In this document: one piece after another, positions 33,720-46,064 of the stretch
Layout: the number at the start of each line of letters is the position of its first letter
Numbering within the stretch: position 1 is the first letter of the stretch
DNA from: Octopus bimaculoides
Taxonomy: Eukaryota
Assembly: GCF_001194135.2 (NCBI RefSeq)
Contig: NC_068990.1
Span: 28,508,315 to 28,558,166, forward strand
Length of the DNA: 49,852 bases
Reading direction: 5' to 3'
The notes under the pieces: generated by a model
Told to the model about the DNA's origin: nothing
What the model saw: the letters and a program-made list of their open reading frames with translations, nothing else
Database searches by the model: none
Translations under genes and position numbers: made by a program

Positions 33720-34180
33720 ACAAGTAGTGTAGAATGTAACTTGCTTCCCAACCACTTGGTTCCAGGTTCAGTCCCACTGCGTGGCACCTTAGGCTTGTGT
33801 CTTCTACTGTAGAGTCTGGCAGACCAAGGCCTTGTAGTTTTGGAAGGAAACAAATGAAATAAGTCCATCATGTGTATGTTGCGCGCGCACGTGTGTGTGT
33901 GTGTGCGCGTGCGTGTGTGTATGTGTGTGTGTGTTCGTTTGCACGCACGCGTGCATGTACCTTTTTGTTCGTGCTTGTCGTCCGTCCAGCCCTTGATGAC
34001 CGCTGTTGGTGTGTTTACTTCCCCGTAATTAAGCGGTTCGGTGAAAGAAACCGATTATATAAGTACTATGCTTTCAGAAAATAAATCATAGAGTCGATGT
34101 TTTCGACTAAAAAAGAAGAAATCGTTCGTGGCGTTGTCCCAGCATGGCCACAGTCAAATGACAGAAACAAGTAAAAGAAT
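33720..34180 (+). mobile_element. SINE family B with internal (TG/CG)n
   Basis: TTGCTTCCCAACCACTTGGTTCCAGGTTCAGTCCCACTGCGTGGCACCTTAGG...CCAGCATGGCCACAGTCAAATGACAGAAACAAGTAAAAG. Confidence 0.9.
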
Positions 34181-34223
34181 AGAAGAGACATGCAAACGCG
34201 TATCTCGTCCTCCGGCTCTATTT

Positions 34224-34261
<38 letters not shown>

Positions 34262-35157
34262 TCCCTCTCTCCCCCTCTCTCTCACTCTATCTATGTATCT
34301 ATTTCCCTGTCTCTTTTCTTTCGTTTCGCATATTTATCACCTGTTTTATATAATGTCTGCCTCATACGAGATGCGTAGTAGACTTCGTTGCTACAGATAT
34401 GAAACATCAGCATCGATAGGTCTGATATGGAAAATTCAGTTTTCAGGGTTCTCTTTTACTTTTAGTGAGAATATTTCTGTCTAAAAAAGTGTTAAACGGT
34501 CTAGAAATTTTAAAATAAATTTTCTGCTTTCACCATTCGAACTCACGAAATTTGCAATATATAAATATACATATGGAAGCTATTCNNNNNNNNNNNNNNN
34601 NNNNNNNNNNNNNNNNNNNNNNNNNNNNNNNNNNNNNNNNNNNNNNNNNNNNNNNNNNNNNNNNNNNNNNNNNNNNNNNNNNNNNNNNNNNNNNNNNNNN
34701 NNNNNNNNNNNNNNNNNNNNNNNNNNNNNNNNNNNNNNNNNNNNNNNNNNNNNNNNNNNNNNNNNNNNNNNNNNNNNNNNNNNNNNNNNNNNNNNNNNNN
34801 NNNNNNNNNNNNNNNNNNNNNNNNNNNNNNNNNNNNNNNNNNNNNNNNNNNNNNNNNNNNNNNNNNNNNNNNNNNNNNNNNNNNNNNNNNNNNNNNNNNN
34901 NNNNNNNNNNNNNNNNNNNNNNNNNNNNNNNNNNNNNNNNNNNNNNNNNNNNNNNNNNNNNNNNNNNNNNNNNNNNNNNNNNNNNNNNNNNNNNNNNNNN
35001 NNNNNNNNNNNNNNNNNNNNNNNNNNNNNNNNNNNNNNNNNNNNNNNNNNNNNNNNNNNNNNNNNNNNNNNNNNNNNNNNNNNNNNNNNNNNNNNNNNNN
35101 NNNNNNNNNNNNNNNNNNNNNNNNNNNNNNNNNNNNNNNNNNNNNNNNNNNNNNNNN

Positions 35158-35190
<33 letters not shown>

Positions 35191-35559
35191 GAAAGTGCGT
35201 TGAAAGTATTACAAGATAATGAAAATAAAAAATAAAAAAAGGAGAAACGAAATCTGATTTGACAGAAAAATATATGGGATGGACAGAATAATAAAAAAAA
35301 AATGGAAACAGCGTGATATCGGGGCAGACATATATATTGTGGTACTTCAGTGACTAGGCTAGAAGTCTCTGTTCAATAGAAGCGTATGATGTCGGATGTC
35401 TCTATTCTATAGTCTAGAATCTACGAAGTAATGTCTGAAAAGATTATTAATAAAATAGTAAATAACTAAATCGGTGAGACAAATGTATACGTAGAAATAT
35501 ATATGGGAGCACACGTATCAATATTTCTATATCTCTGTATGCCCCGCTCCTCCTGTGTA

Positions 35560-35569
35560 TCCCTCTCTT

Positions 35570-35626
<57 letters not shown>

Positions 35627-35742
35627 CTTTCTATCTCTTTATCTTTTTTATTTCTTATTTCGTTGTACGCATACCTACATGTACGTATATATATATATAT
35701 AAAGAGAGAGAAGGGGAGAGACAGAGAGATGGATACATACAT

Positions 35743-35780
<38 letters not shown>
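35560..35780. repeat. compound (CT)n/(CTAT)n/(TA)n/(AGAT)n tract
   Basis: Directly visible. Confidence 0.9.
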
Positions 35781-36196
35781 GCAGTTCAGGGGGCAATTCC
35801 TTAACAGTGACTGGTCAGTCTTATCCCTGTTGGGATTCATCAGACTGTGAACTGAAAATGGGAGTTGTATTAATAATTAATTGGCTGAGTATGATACAAC
35901 GTGCCCGTATGGTATGTATGTATGTATGTGTGGATGTGTGAGTACTTTTAGCTGTGCAAATAGGTGAAGGTGGGGAGCATTCCTTTTATTACTCAACAAA
36001 AATAGTATTATACTTGAAATGGTTTTCTTTTTGACAATTTTTAACGTATAAAACCATAAAAGCGACGGGGTCAAGTATAAAATAATAAATATACGAATAA
36101 AATGGTCGTTGATTTCTTTCATAGACACGAGAGGAAGTTATTTGGCAGCAGGGGTCCGTCCATTACATATAACTGGCGTTCACTTGAAAAACTTAC

Positions 36197-36270
36197 TTTT
36201 CTACAGCATCCACTATTCTCATTCGTTTTGTTTTCAAGCCTAAGTTCTCATGAGCGAGGCTACCCCTTTT
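36197..36270 (-). CDS. candidate internal exon, unidentified
   Basis: Acceptor CCTATTTATACGCCATAG| and donor AAA|GTAAGT; 74 nt with one open frame, KRGSLAHENLGLKTKRMRIVDAVE. Confidence 0.22.
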
Positions 36271-36334
36271 CTATGGCGTATAAATAGGCGAGATGAGAAC
36301 AGTCCCTCTCAAAGGGATGTCGGTCTATTTCAGG

Positions 36335-36530
36335 GAGCAGAACCAGAAATTTTGAGGGAAAGGCAAATTGATTACATCGATCTCAGTGCTCGTCTGCTAC
36401 TTTATGAAGTCGAGACCAAATGGATGAAAAGCAAAGATGAACTCGGTGAGGATTTGAACTCAGAAAGTAAACATGGATGAAATGCCGCTAAGCACTTTGT
36501 CCACCGTTTTAAATATTCCACTAGGTCGCT
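36335..36530 (-). mobile_element. SINE family A, diverged
   Basis: GATTACATCGA, GGATGAAAAGCAAAG, GGATTTGAACTCAG, GAAATGCCGCTAAGCA. Confidence 0.75.
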
Positions 36531-37764
36531 GTAACCACGTCTATAGACAGCAATTTATAAATAGTAATTTATTACATGGACACATAGATATCCACAAAAA
36601 AAACTGCACCTGAATTGAGTTCCACTTCATAGTCTAACGAGACGTTACCTAAACGCTCACAGTATTTCGCCCGATGTGGTGTGGCCAAGGTAATTATATT
36701 TTCGTAACACTATGAGGGACTGGAAAAAGAGGGAGACAGATAATATAAGCCGTCGTAATTTCCTTTTCTCCCTCTTCATTTAAGCACTCCTCTGTGTTAT
36801 CGATACTGTAGATAGAATCTGAAAGAAGTCATTGCATATATATATNNNNNNNNNNNNNNNNNNNNNNNNNNNNNNNNNNNNNNNNNNNNNNNNNNNNNNN
36901 NNNNNNNNNNNNNNNNNNNNNNNNNNNNNNNNNNNNNNNNNNNNNNNNNNNNNNNNNNNNNNNNNNNNNNNNNNNNNNNNNNNNNNNNNNNNNNNNNNNN
37001 NNNNNNNNNNNNNNNNNNNNNNNNNNNNNNNNNNNNNNNNNNNNNNNNNNNNNNNNNNNNNNNNNNNNNNNNNNNNNNNNNNNNNNNNNNNNNNNNNNNN
37101 NNNNNNNNNNNNNNNNNNNNNNNNNNNNNNNNNNNNNNNNNNNNNNNNNNNNNNNNNNNNNNNNNNNNNNNNNNNNNNNNNNNNNNNNNNNNNNNNNNNN
37201 NNNNNNNNNNNNNNNNNNNNNNNNNNNNNNNNNNNNNNNNNNNNNNNNNNNNNNNNNNNNNNNNNNNNNNNNNNNNNNNNNNNNNNNNNNNNNNNNNNNN
37301 NNNNNNNNNNNNNNNNNNNNNNNNNNNNNNNNNNNNNNNNNNNNNNNNNNNNNNNNNNNNNNNNNNNNNNNNNNNNNNNNNNNNNNNNNNNNNNNNNNNN
37401 NNNNNNNNNNNNNNNNNNNNNNNNNNNNNNNNNNNNNNNNNNNNNNNNNNNNNNNNNNNNNNNNNNNNNNNNNNNNNNNNNNNNNNNNNNNNNNNNNNNN
37501 NNNNNNNNNNNNNNNNNNNNNNNNNNNNNNNNNNNNNNNNNNNNNNNNNNNNNNNNNNNNNNNNNNNNNNNNNNNNNNNNNNNNNNNNNNNNNNNNNNNN
37601 NNNNNNNNNNNNNNNNNNNNNNNNNNNNNNNNNNNNNNNNNNNNNNNNNNNNNNNNNNNNNNNNNNNNNNNNNNNNNNNNNNNNNNNNNNNNNNNNNNNN
37701 NNNNNNNNNNNNNNNNNNNNNNNNNNNNNNNNNNNNNNNNNNNNNNNNNATATATATATATATA

Positions 37765-37922
37765 TATACGACGGTCTTTCAGTCTCCGTCTACCAAATCC
37801 GCTCACAAGGCTTTGGTCAGTCCGAGAATGTAGAAGTCACTTGCCCAAAGTGCCACGCAGTGGCAACTTGGAGTCATGTAGTTGGTAAGCAAGCTCCTTA
37901 GCACACAGCCACTTCTGCGCCT
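37765..37922 (-). mobile_element. SINE family B 5' half beside microsatellite and gap
   Basis: ACGACGGTCTTTCAGTCTCCGTCTACCAAATCC...CACTTGCCCAAAGTGCCACGCAGTGG...AGCACACAGCC. Confidence 0.88.
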
Positions 37923-38051
37923 CTTTCATTCCAAATATATATTTGGTAATTAATAACATAATTGATGCTGATTTGGTAAACAGACGGTGTGCATTAAATT
38001 TCAAATGCCTCTGTCGTCTTTATTTTCCTAAAAGCTAGTAATAGTAGTTGA

Positions 38052-38365
38052 AGGCACGTGGTTAAGTGGTTAGGTGTATTCGACTCACGATCTCGAAGTC
38101 TTGAGTTCGTTTCTTGGCGGTGCGTCGTGTCTTTGGGCGTGATATTTTCCTTTTCCTTCACGTTACTCTACTCCATTCAGGTGGCAAAAATAAGTTGTAC
38201 GTGTATTTCAAAACGGCCAGCCTTGTCACATTCAGTGACACGCCGAATCTCCATGAGAACCACGTTAAGGGTACGCGTGTCTGTAGAGCATTCAGCCACT
38301 TGCACGTTTTTTTCCGTTGATCAGATAAACTGCAACACTCATCGTCGTAACCGACGGAGTACCAG
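38052..38365 (+). mobile_element. SINE family C (C1 tail)
   Basis: GGCACGTGGTTAAGTGGTTAGG...GAGTTCGTTTC...CCAGCCTTGTCACATTC...CGTCGTAACCGACGGAGT. Confidence 0.88.
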
Positions 38366-38559
38366 TTAGCAATGATGACGTTTCTACCAACTTATATTTA
38401 CAAAATTAAATGGAAGACGATATTTTGTACTACACTAAAAACTTGTGTATATATTTATCCGAATACCAGGCATGATGGAAAATTCTTATCATAAAAGACA
38501 TTCCCTCCATGGCATTAACGTCTAAGTATTTGGCATTGAATATTTACATCATGAAAGTG

Positions 38560-38775
38560 CGAAGCCAAATGTGTAGGGTATTGCACTCATGATGGCAAGA
38601 TCATGGTTTCGATTCTCAGATCAGGTTGTTGATCGTGTTATTATGCAGATTTCATTTCCTGTTGCCCCAGCCAACTCAGCTGTAAATGATTAAACCTGCA
38701 ACGGACCTGTGTCACGTTTCAGAACGGTTGTTGTAATTTTCGTCACTTATACGCCACTTATACCCGGGTAGCCGT
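38560..38775 (+). mobile_element. SINE family C, diverged, C2-like tail
   Basis: AGGGTATTGCACTCATGAT...GGTTTCGATTC...CAACTCAGCTGTAAATG...CCTGCAACGGAC. Confidence 0.5.
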
Positions 38776-39911
38776 CCCCTGAAACGTAACACTCTAGACA
38801 AGACTTACCATATTTAAATCTTTGTTTCCCAAGGCGTCTTCTATATTTTTGTAAAATGTAGTTTATGGTTTTAGACATAAGTGGTTACTATTTCTCTCGG
38901 GTCACATTGTTTCGTTATTATCGACTAAGCAAGTGTGATACTTCGTGGATTTTATGACAATAACGAACATGTTTTTAAAAAGAAGCAAACACAAGAATAA
39001 ATAAAAGCGAGCTATTTGAATTCGATTCATTTATATTGTGAGGTAAGCCATGCCATACAAATCAGAGATTTGCTTGCTACTATTGATAATTAAACATAAA
39101 AAGAATGTTAATGTCTTGCATAAAATCAAGTAAGAGAATGTCGCATTCATTCATTACATTTACGAAGCAATTCAAATGTATTCATTACGGAAACGAAAAC
39201 CGAAAACAATAAATAATTCCTAGCTAAGAATTACCGAAGTGAGAAAGGTTCTTTCTTGTTGAAAGAAAAAAGAAAAAAATATCTTTAACGTTAGCAATTA
39301 CGTCATAAGATTTCATATAAATCATTTCGGTATTTAGGAAGGAAGTAAATTAACATCAAAAGTTGAAGACTACTACCGCTTTTCTATTTTTTTTTCTTTT
39401 TGACTTTTTAGTGCTATTATTGTTATATTTGTAATCGTCATTGTCCCCCTCCTTATCACCGTCATTGCAATCATGAATGTCATTATTGTCATCGCTTTAA
39501 TTACACGAAGTTTAAGAAACCTATTGAAGATCTAATCGTTCCATCAGTGCAATATATAAGCAGCATCTTTCTCAATAAATTGGTTGCAGGTTTTATTTAA
39601 CATGAGAACAACGCATTTGAAGACAAATAGCATTAAGTCCACCATTACAAACCTCATTGAGGTCAGCGACAAGATAGCTCTTGACTGGTCAGTGAGCAGG
39701 CAAATATTAACAAAAGCGTCTTTTAAAAAATCTCATCGTATCCTATTAAAAGAGTAAGGATAAAACAGATGTTGCAGTCCTTACGCTAAAATAAGGCAAA
39801 ATGAGGGAGATAAACACGGCTGATAAAACTGTAATCGAAGGTTGAGTTCTCAAGGCTGAATGTGCAGTTTCAAATGGATGCAACACTGTATTTAGTGAAT
39901 CAGTTTTGAAG

Positions 39912-40230
39912 ACACGTGGCATAGTGGTTGGTGTGTTCGGTTCACAACTGTAAATGTCATGAGTTCGATTTCCGACGACACGTTGTGTCCTTGAGCAAGA
40001 CACTTTATTTCAGGTTGCTCCAGTCTACTAGGCTAACAAAAATGAGTTTCACCTGTAATTCTCAGGGCCAGCCTTTTCAAAGTCTGTGTCACGCCGAATG
40101 ACTCTGAGAACTACATTTAAGAGTATGCGTGTCTCTGGAATGCTCAGCCGTTTAGTCATTAATTTCACGAGCAAGTCGTTCCGTTGATAGGACTCGACGG
40201 GAACATTTGTTGTCGTAAGCGACTGAATGC
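39912..40230 (+). mobile_element. SINE family C (C1 tail)
   Basis: GTGGCATAGTGG (A-box), GAGTTCGATTTCC (B-box), GTGTCCTTGAGCAAGACACTTTATTTCA, ATTTCACGAGCAAG. Confidence 0.88.
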
Positions 40231-40921
40231 AAGTTAATGAGTTAGGATAGTTGTGAGGATTGCAGCTGCGATGAGTATATCAAAATATACATAAATTAAT
40301 AGTTTAAGAGGTCGGAGTGAATACAGAAGCACTCAAAAAATTAAGTTATCTCGGGTATTGATATTAGTGACTGTAACCAGTAAATCTATTATGGCTGCAT
40401 TATTTAAAGTCCGTATTACTTCAGCTCTCCGATTGATCTTCTCTACTCTGTATGAGATGTCTTGTTCTCTTAAATTATCTTTAAATAATTCAATTTTTGT
40501 TTCTGTTTCGGCAACTACAAAGAAGTGATATTAAAATCTATATTCCGAGACGTGCATATAGTTTAAATCAATCCCGATAATTACCCGTGTTCCGGAACTG
40601 ATTTCATCAGTACAAGATCGATCATCAATGACGAAGCTAGAAGCGATCAAACTCTGAGCAAAGCAGTCTTTAAAAAATTAATAATGGAAGAAATGGGCCT
40701 CGCATGAGTTCTTGCGAACTTTGTTCTTCATCCCTTCGATGATGCTGATATATTTTTAAATTTTCAGAAGTAATTTCGCATAAGCACCAAGTTATGTGGT
40801 GACGGTGTTTCCGCTTCAAAGTTTAACACTGATGAGATACATCTAAATGACAAAAATTGATCTGATCCAGCGTAAAAATCAATATTGATACTTAATGTGT
40901 GCCTAAAATGCGCCGCGCTCC

Positions 40922-41120
40922 CAAAATCGTTAGCACGACAACGCTTTGCGGTATTTCGTCCGTCTTTACGTTCTCAGTTTAAATTCCGCCGGGGCCGATT
41001 TTGTCTTTCATCCTTTCGGGGTCGATAAAATAAGTAGCTATCAAATATTTCGGTTAATGTAATCGAATTACCTCCGCACCCGCAATTGCTGGCATTGTTC
41101 CAAAAGATTTGAAATCAATA
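40922..41120 (+). mobile_element. SINE family A
   Basis: AATCGTTAGCACG, GCGGTATTTCGTCCGTCTTTACGTTCT, CTTTCATCCTTTCGGGGTCGATAAAATAAGTA. Confidence 0.88.
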
Positions 41121-42368
41121 AGTATGCCTAGAGATAGCATAGATTATACGAACTTTACTCTGCATCTGCTTCGAGATCTTTTATGAATTGTCAGAAACTA
41201 TGTATTAAGGTACATTGCGAGAAAACAACACATTATCCGCAATTCAAGACCCTTGGAGCTGGAGATACATTTTAAAGACGATTACTCTCATTTGTGTTCG
41301 GCCGCGGAACGGTATTCTCTGTGAGTTGGGGTCCACTCATTTTTGAGAAAGCTGCAGGGAAGGCAGCTTTTCTAAAAGAAAGGTAATCTGACATAAAACA
41401 TGTAGCCAAAACACTATCACTGATCTTGTCATTGGCCCCTGCTATGGCGGCTGAAAGAGGGACAAATGTATTGAACAAACTGAAATTCGATGGCGTACAG
41501 ATGTCTCGCTATCGTGTTTGAAATGGAAATCATCTGACAAAATCAGACAACCATCATCAACATTACCAGCTGCTGTAGTATTATATANNNNNNNNNNNNN
41601 NNNNNNNNNNNNNNNNNNNNNNNNNNNNNNNNNNNNNNNNNNNNNNNNNNNNNNNNNNNNNNNNNNNNNNNNNNNNNNNNNNNNNNNNNNNNNNNNNNNN
41701 NNNNNNNNNNNNNNNNNNNNNNNNNNNNNNNNNNNNNNNNNNNNNNNNNNNNNNNNNNNNNNNNNNNNNNNNNNNNNNNNNNNNNNNNNNNNNNNNNNNN
41801 NNNNNNNNNNNNNNNNNNNNNNNNNNNNNNNNNNNNNNNNNNNNNNNNNNNNNNNNNNNNNNNNNNNNNNNNNNNNNNNNNNNNNNNNNNNNNNNNNNNN
41901 NNNNNNNNNNNNNNNNNNNNNNNNNNNNNNNNNNNNNNNNNNNNNNNNNNNNNNNNNNNNNNNNNNNNNNNNNNNNNNNNNNNNNNNNNNNNNNNNNNNN
42001 NNNNNNNNNNNNNNNNNNNNNNNNNNNNNNNNNNNNNNNNNNNNNNNNNNNNNNNNNNNNNNNNNNNNNNNNNNNNNNNNNNNNNNNNNNNNNNNNNNNN
42101 NNNNNNNNNNNNNNNNNNNNNNNNNNNNNNNNNNNNNNNNNNNNNNNNNNNNNNNNNNNNNNNNNNNNNNNNNNNNNNNNNNNNNNNNNNNNNNNNNNNN
42201 NNNNNNNNNNNNNNNNNNNNNNNNNNNNNNNNNNNNNNNNNNNNNNNNNNNNNNNNNNNNNNNNNNNNNNNNNNNNNNNNNNNNNNNNNNNNNNNNNNNN
42301 NNNNNNNNNNNNNNNNNNNNNNNNNNNNNNNNNNNNNNNNNNNNNNNNNNNNNNNNNNNNNNNNNNNN

Positions 42369-42481
42369 AGGGAAAATAACCAATTCTCAAGAACTCATCG
42401 ATGAAAATCCACTATCACATATAGAAAAATTAATAATTAAAAGCACAATAAATGAGTTCTTGAGAATTGGTTATTTTCCCT
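42369..42481. other. perfect 30-bp inverted repeat with 53-nt spacer abutting a gap
   Basis: AGGGAAAATAACCAATTCTCAAGAACTCAT (42369-42398) and its exact reverse complement (42452-42481). Confidence 0.9.
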
Positions 42482-42864
42482 AAAACTATATATATTTTAT
42501 ATATACTTTATCTATAAGGCTCAATTTAATTTTAATTTTTTATAAATTGATTTTAATTGAGTTTTTTACCTGTAATTTTGGATTTTGTCCCTAATAATAT
42601 TATTATATATATATATGTATAATCTAACATTTTAAATTAGAATAAAGATAAAAGAATTTAAAACAATTGGCAAAGAATCACTCTAATCATTAAAGAAGCT
42701 GATAAATAAATTTCCTTACAAAAATATACGTATTCCAGGGTTTCTTCTTCTTTTTCACAGTTTTCTTTCCTCGTTCTTTTGTTCCCATCTAAATTTCCCC
42801 TACTTAGAGCTCATCAGTTTTGCTTTCACACATCTTTCACTTAGCTTCTGTTTTTATTACTTAC

Positions 42865-42955
42865 TTCTAACGTCATTATATTTGAGTATGAAATTCTATC
42901 AAGAAGCACATCGTACTTTTCCTCCGTATGTGACCTTTGCAAATGAGATTGCTCT
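42865..42955 (-). CDS. candidate internal exon, unidentified
   Basis: Donor GAA|GTAAGT and an AG acceptor after TTCTGTCGTTTAGACTTG; open frame EQSHLQRSHTEEKYDVLLDRISYSNIMTLE. It must use the second AG, and a plus-strand alternative competes. Confidence 0.18.
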
Positions 42956-43312
42956 CTTCAAGTCTAAACGACAGAACACACGCCGGGTAAGATGAATAAA
43001 TTGCAATATAACAGTTGGTACAAAGATATAATGAAAATACGCGAGAAAGAGAACAGCACTTATCAAATTTTATCTAACTTTCAGTCAATTTATTTCAAAT
43101 TTCCTTTAAATTTTCTCCAGATTACTTTTGATTTCATTTAAGTTCATTCGTTTTCTATCATGTAATGAGATTTGCGTGATGTTAGGCCGTCTAAATCATG
43201 ATGTTACCTAATTTAATGCTGCGACAGTAATATACTATTTCACACATCTAGTAATACCTTTTTGCTTTACTTTTCGTGTCTTGAATTCATCCGAAGGTTC
43301 CTGATTAATTCT

Positions 43313-43353
<41 letters not shown>

Positions 43354-43774
43354 CCGTGTCGTCGTGCGTGCGCATGTCTGTCTTCTCCCGTGCGCGCGTT
43401 GAGTAAAATTTAGAGTGTATTTATAAAATTAAATAACTACGGCATTAAACTATAGCGCGAAATATAAAATTTGTTTTGTTTCTCTCTTCCACTCGTTATA
43501 TCATTGGGATTTTGTACATCTCTCAATATTCATTGGTATTAAATTTCACTTTGCTCAAATATATTTGAGTTGAAATCTTGTAATTTCTGTAGCCTAATGA
43601 GAACAAAGCGTGTGAGGCCTCAAATTATCATTGGCAAATACAAAGGTCTTCATTTATTTTGCTTCACTAAGCAGAACCCTTATTTTGCGAGCAAGGAAAT
43701 ATTATTGATTGAATTATCCTCATACTATTAACGCATTTTTTTTTTCAATACTACATTTGAAAGAGATGAAATAC

Positions 43775-44100
43775 TGGCACTCCGTCGGTGACGAGAATGA
43801 GGGTCCCAGTTGATACGATCAACAGAACAACCTACTCGTGAAATTAATGTGCAAGTGGCTGAGTGCTCCAGAGACCTTCGAACCATTCACGTAGCTCTCA
43901 GGGAGATACTTCGTGACGCAGAATGTGACAAAGCTGGTCCTTTTTAATTCAGGTACAACTCATTGTTCCCAGCTAAGTGGACTGGAGCAACTTGAAATAA
44001 AGTGTCTTCCTGAAGGACAAAACGAACTGCCGGGAATCGAACTCTACAACCTTACAATCGCGAGCTGGATACACTCACCACTACGACAAGCGCCTTTACG
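43775..44100 (-). mobile_element. SINE family C (C1 tail)
   Basis: TGGCACTCCGTCGGTGACGAG...CTCGTGAAATTAATGTGCAAGTGGCTGAGTGCTCCA...CCGGGAATCGAACTC. Confidence 0.88.
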
Positions 44101-44144
44101 CCATGTTAACAACATAACAGACGTAGCTACAAACCGCTTACTAA

Positions 44145-44359
44145 GGCGGTGAGCTGGCAGAATCGTTAGCACGCCGGTCAAGATGCTTTAAATGTATTTC
44201 GTCTGCCGATACGTTCTAAGTTCAAATTCCGCCGCGTTCGACTTTGCCTTTCATCTTTTCGGGGTTGATAAATTAAGTACCAGTTGTGTACTGATGTCGA
44301 TCGGATCGACTACCCCCTCCCCCTAAATTTCTGGCTTCGTGTTTATAATAGAAAGGAAT
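44145..44359 (+). mobile_element. SINE family A, full length
   Basis: GGCGGTGAGCTGGCAGAATCGTTAGCACGCCGG...GTTCAAATTCCGCC...GCCTTTCATCTTTTCGGGG...AAGTACCAG. Confidence 0.92.
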
Positions 44360-44559
44360 ACAAGCAGAATTTGCTATTTACTGTTATATTTCACAAATTT
44401 TAATGCTAGCAACATTTACTATTTTATTGCATTCACCTCAAATAGTTACGAAAACCTGGCAGACAAAAGCGACTACTATTCCGAGGTACATTTCAAATAT
44501 GTGTTGGCTATATTTGCATGCATGTCGAAGACAATTTGCGATGGCTGGGGCAAAAGGTT

Positions 44560-44780
44560 CGCACGTGTGTCTGTGTGGTAATATGTTTGTTCTTCAAACA
44601 TGTGGTTCCGGGTTAAGACCCACTGCGTGCAACCTTAGGCAAGTGTATTCTACTATAGTTTCGGCCGACCAAAGCCTGATGAATGAATGTGGTAGATGGA
44701 AAGTGAAGGAGGCCAGTTGCATGTGTATGTGTGCGCCTGTGTATGTGTGTGTGTGTGTGAATGTGTGCGTGTGTGTATGG
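44560..44780 (+). mobile_element. SINE family B 5' half ending in (TG)n
   Basis: ACATGTGGTTCCGGGTTAAGACCCACTGCGTGCAACCTTAGGCAAGTG...GGCCGACCAAAGCC. Confidence 0.85.
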
Positions 44781-44919
44781 GCGGGAGGATGGATTGGGGG
44801 TGAAAGTCTAAAGTAATGAATGCTATTACATTGCACACTTCCATATAAGGAAAATAACTCGGAATTCAAACAACCAGATTTATTTACTACTGATACAATA
44901 AATGCCGAGCCCTAAAATG

Positions 44920-45117
44920 TGCAGCGGTCGATTCAATCGAGAAAAAATCCTCAATGTGGTGCTCCAGAATGACCGAGGTCTAGTGACTCAATCAAATACA
45001 AGACAAAAGATATTTGGGGGCGATAAAATAAGTACCAGTTGAGCACTGGGGTTGATCTAATCGACTAATCCTTTCTCTTGAGAGAGATTTGCTGGCCTTG
45101 TGCCAAAATTTGAACCT
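44920..45117 (+). mobile_element. SINE B 3' fragment followed by SINE A 3' fragment
   Basis: GGTCGATTCAATCGA...GTGGTGCTCCAG (B tail); GATAAAATAAGTACCAGTTGAGCACTGGGGTTGATCTAATCGACT...GGCCTTGTGCCAAAATTTGAA (A tail). Confidence 0.7.
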
Positions 45118-46012
45118 ATACAAATACCCACAAGGAACAATCTAATAGCTGATTTCAAACATACATTTTGGCATCAACTATTAGCTGGTGATGAGGAAGG
45201 GAAAGTGAGAAAAAAGAAATTGTAAATTGTTGAAAAAATAGTTATCTCATGTTTTTGAAATAAACTTGATTAGTAAAGATTGAACGAAATTGGGTCAGGA
45301 GCAATGTCAATACTTGTGAAACTTGGTTTTTCACCGGATCTGAAGTCTGCGATATTTCTTAATGTGCACGACTGCCTGCTGGTATCACAAGAGGTAAATG
45401 TTTGGGCGATAGAAGAATGCGTTGCAATATGCGAGTAAAAAAATATTTTCTTTTTAAATAAATAAACTATTACAGGTAATTCTGCCTTGCCAAAAATAAC
45501 TTTGTCAGGAGCTAAGCGTGATCTACCATGGAAAATGTAGAGCAACGTGTTTTATGCCGATAGGAGTTTGTCAATGTGATTCAGATTTGTGACAGGAGAT
45601 GCAGAAATTATGTCGACTCACATGACAAATCGGATCAATACAAACTTATTTAAAGCTGCTCTAAACAAAGATTAAATAGTCGCTGGTATATAATATACTA
45701 AATATGCGATGGTAAAATGAGTGTCGATAACCTGAAATAATTTAGAGTTGGGCGTTTCGGCCTTCTTAAACTTTCTTGAGGAAAGCTCTCGTAGCCAGCC
45801 ACGTACCAAGACTTGATTCAGAGAACAGTGACTAATACATTCGTTTGCGTTCCACATATCTGCCTGGAAATGAAACAGCATTCAATTAAAACAGCCTTCT
45901 ATGCATCATTCGTAACGTATTTAAATCGCTGACAAGCAAACTAATGCAGATTGGTCCGAAATAAAATCTCCTGTAGACTAAAAGTGTTTATATTTAGAAG
46001 CACAATATACAT

Positions 46013-46013
<1 letters not shown>

Positions 46014-46055
<42 letters not shown>

Positions 46056-46064
46056 CATACATAG
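46014..46064. repeat. (AGAT)n microsatellite
   Basis: Directly visible. Confidence 0.95.

Noticed and set aside
42482-42720. Very AT-rich stretch as a mitochondrial control-region NUMT
   Set aside because: Composition only; no recognisable mitochondrial gene or tRNA. A BLASTN to the mitogenome would settle it.
45270-45880. Exon-like segments on both strands (plus NEIGSGAMSILVKLGFSP...QE|GT; minus ADMWNANECISHCSLNQVL|GT)
   Set aside because: They are mutually conflicting and do not chain in frame with neighbours without stops.
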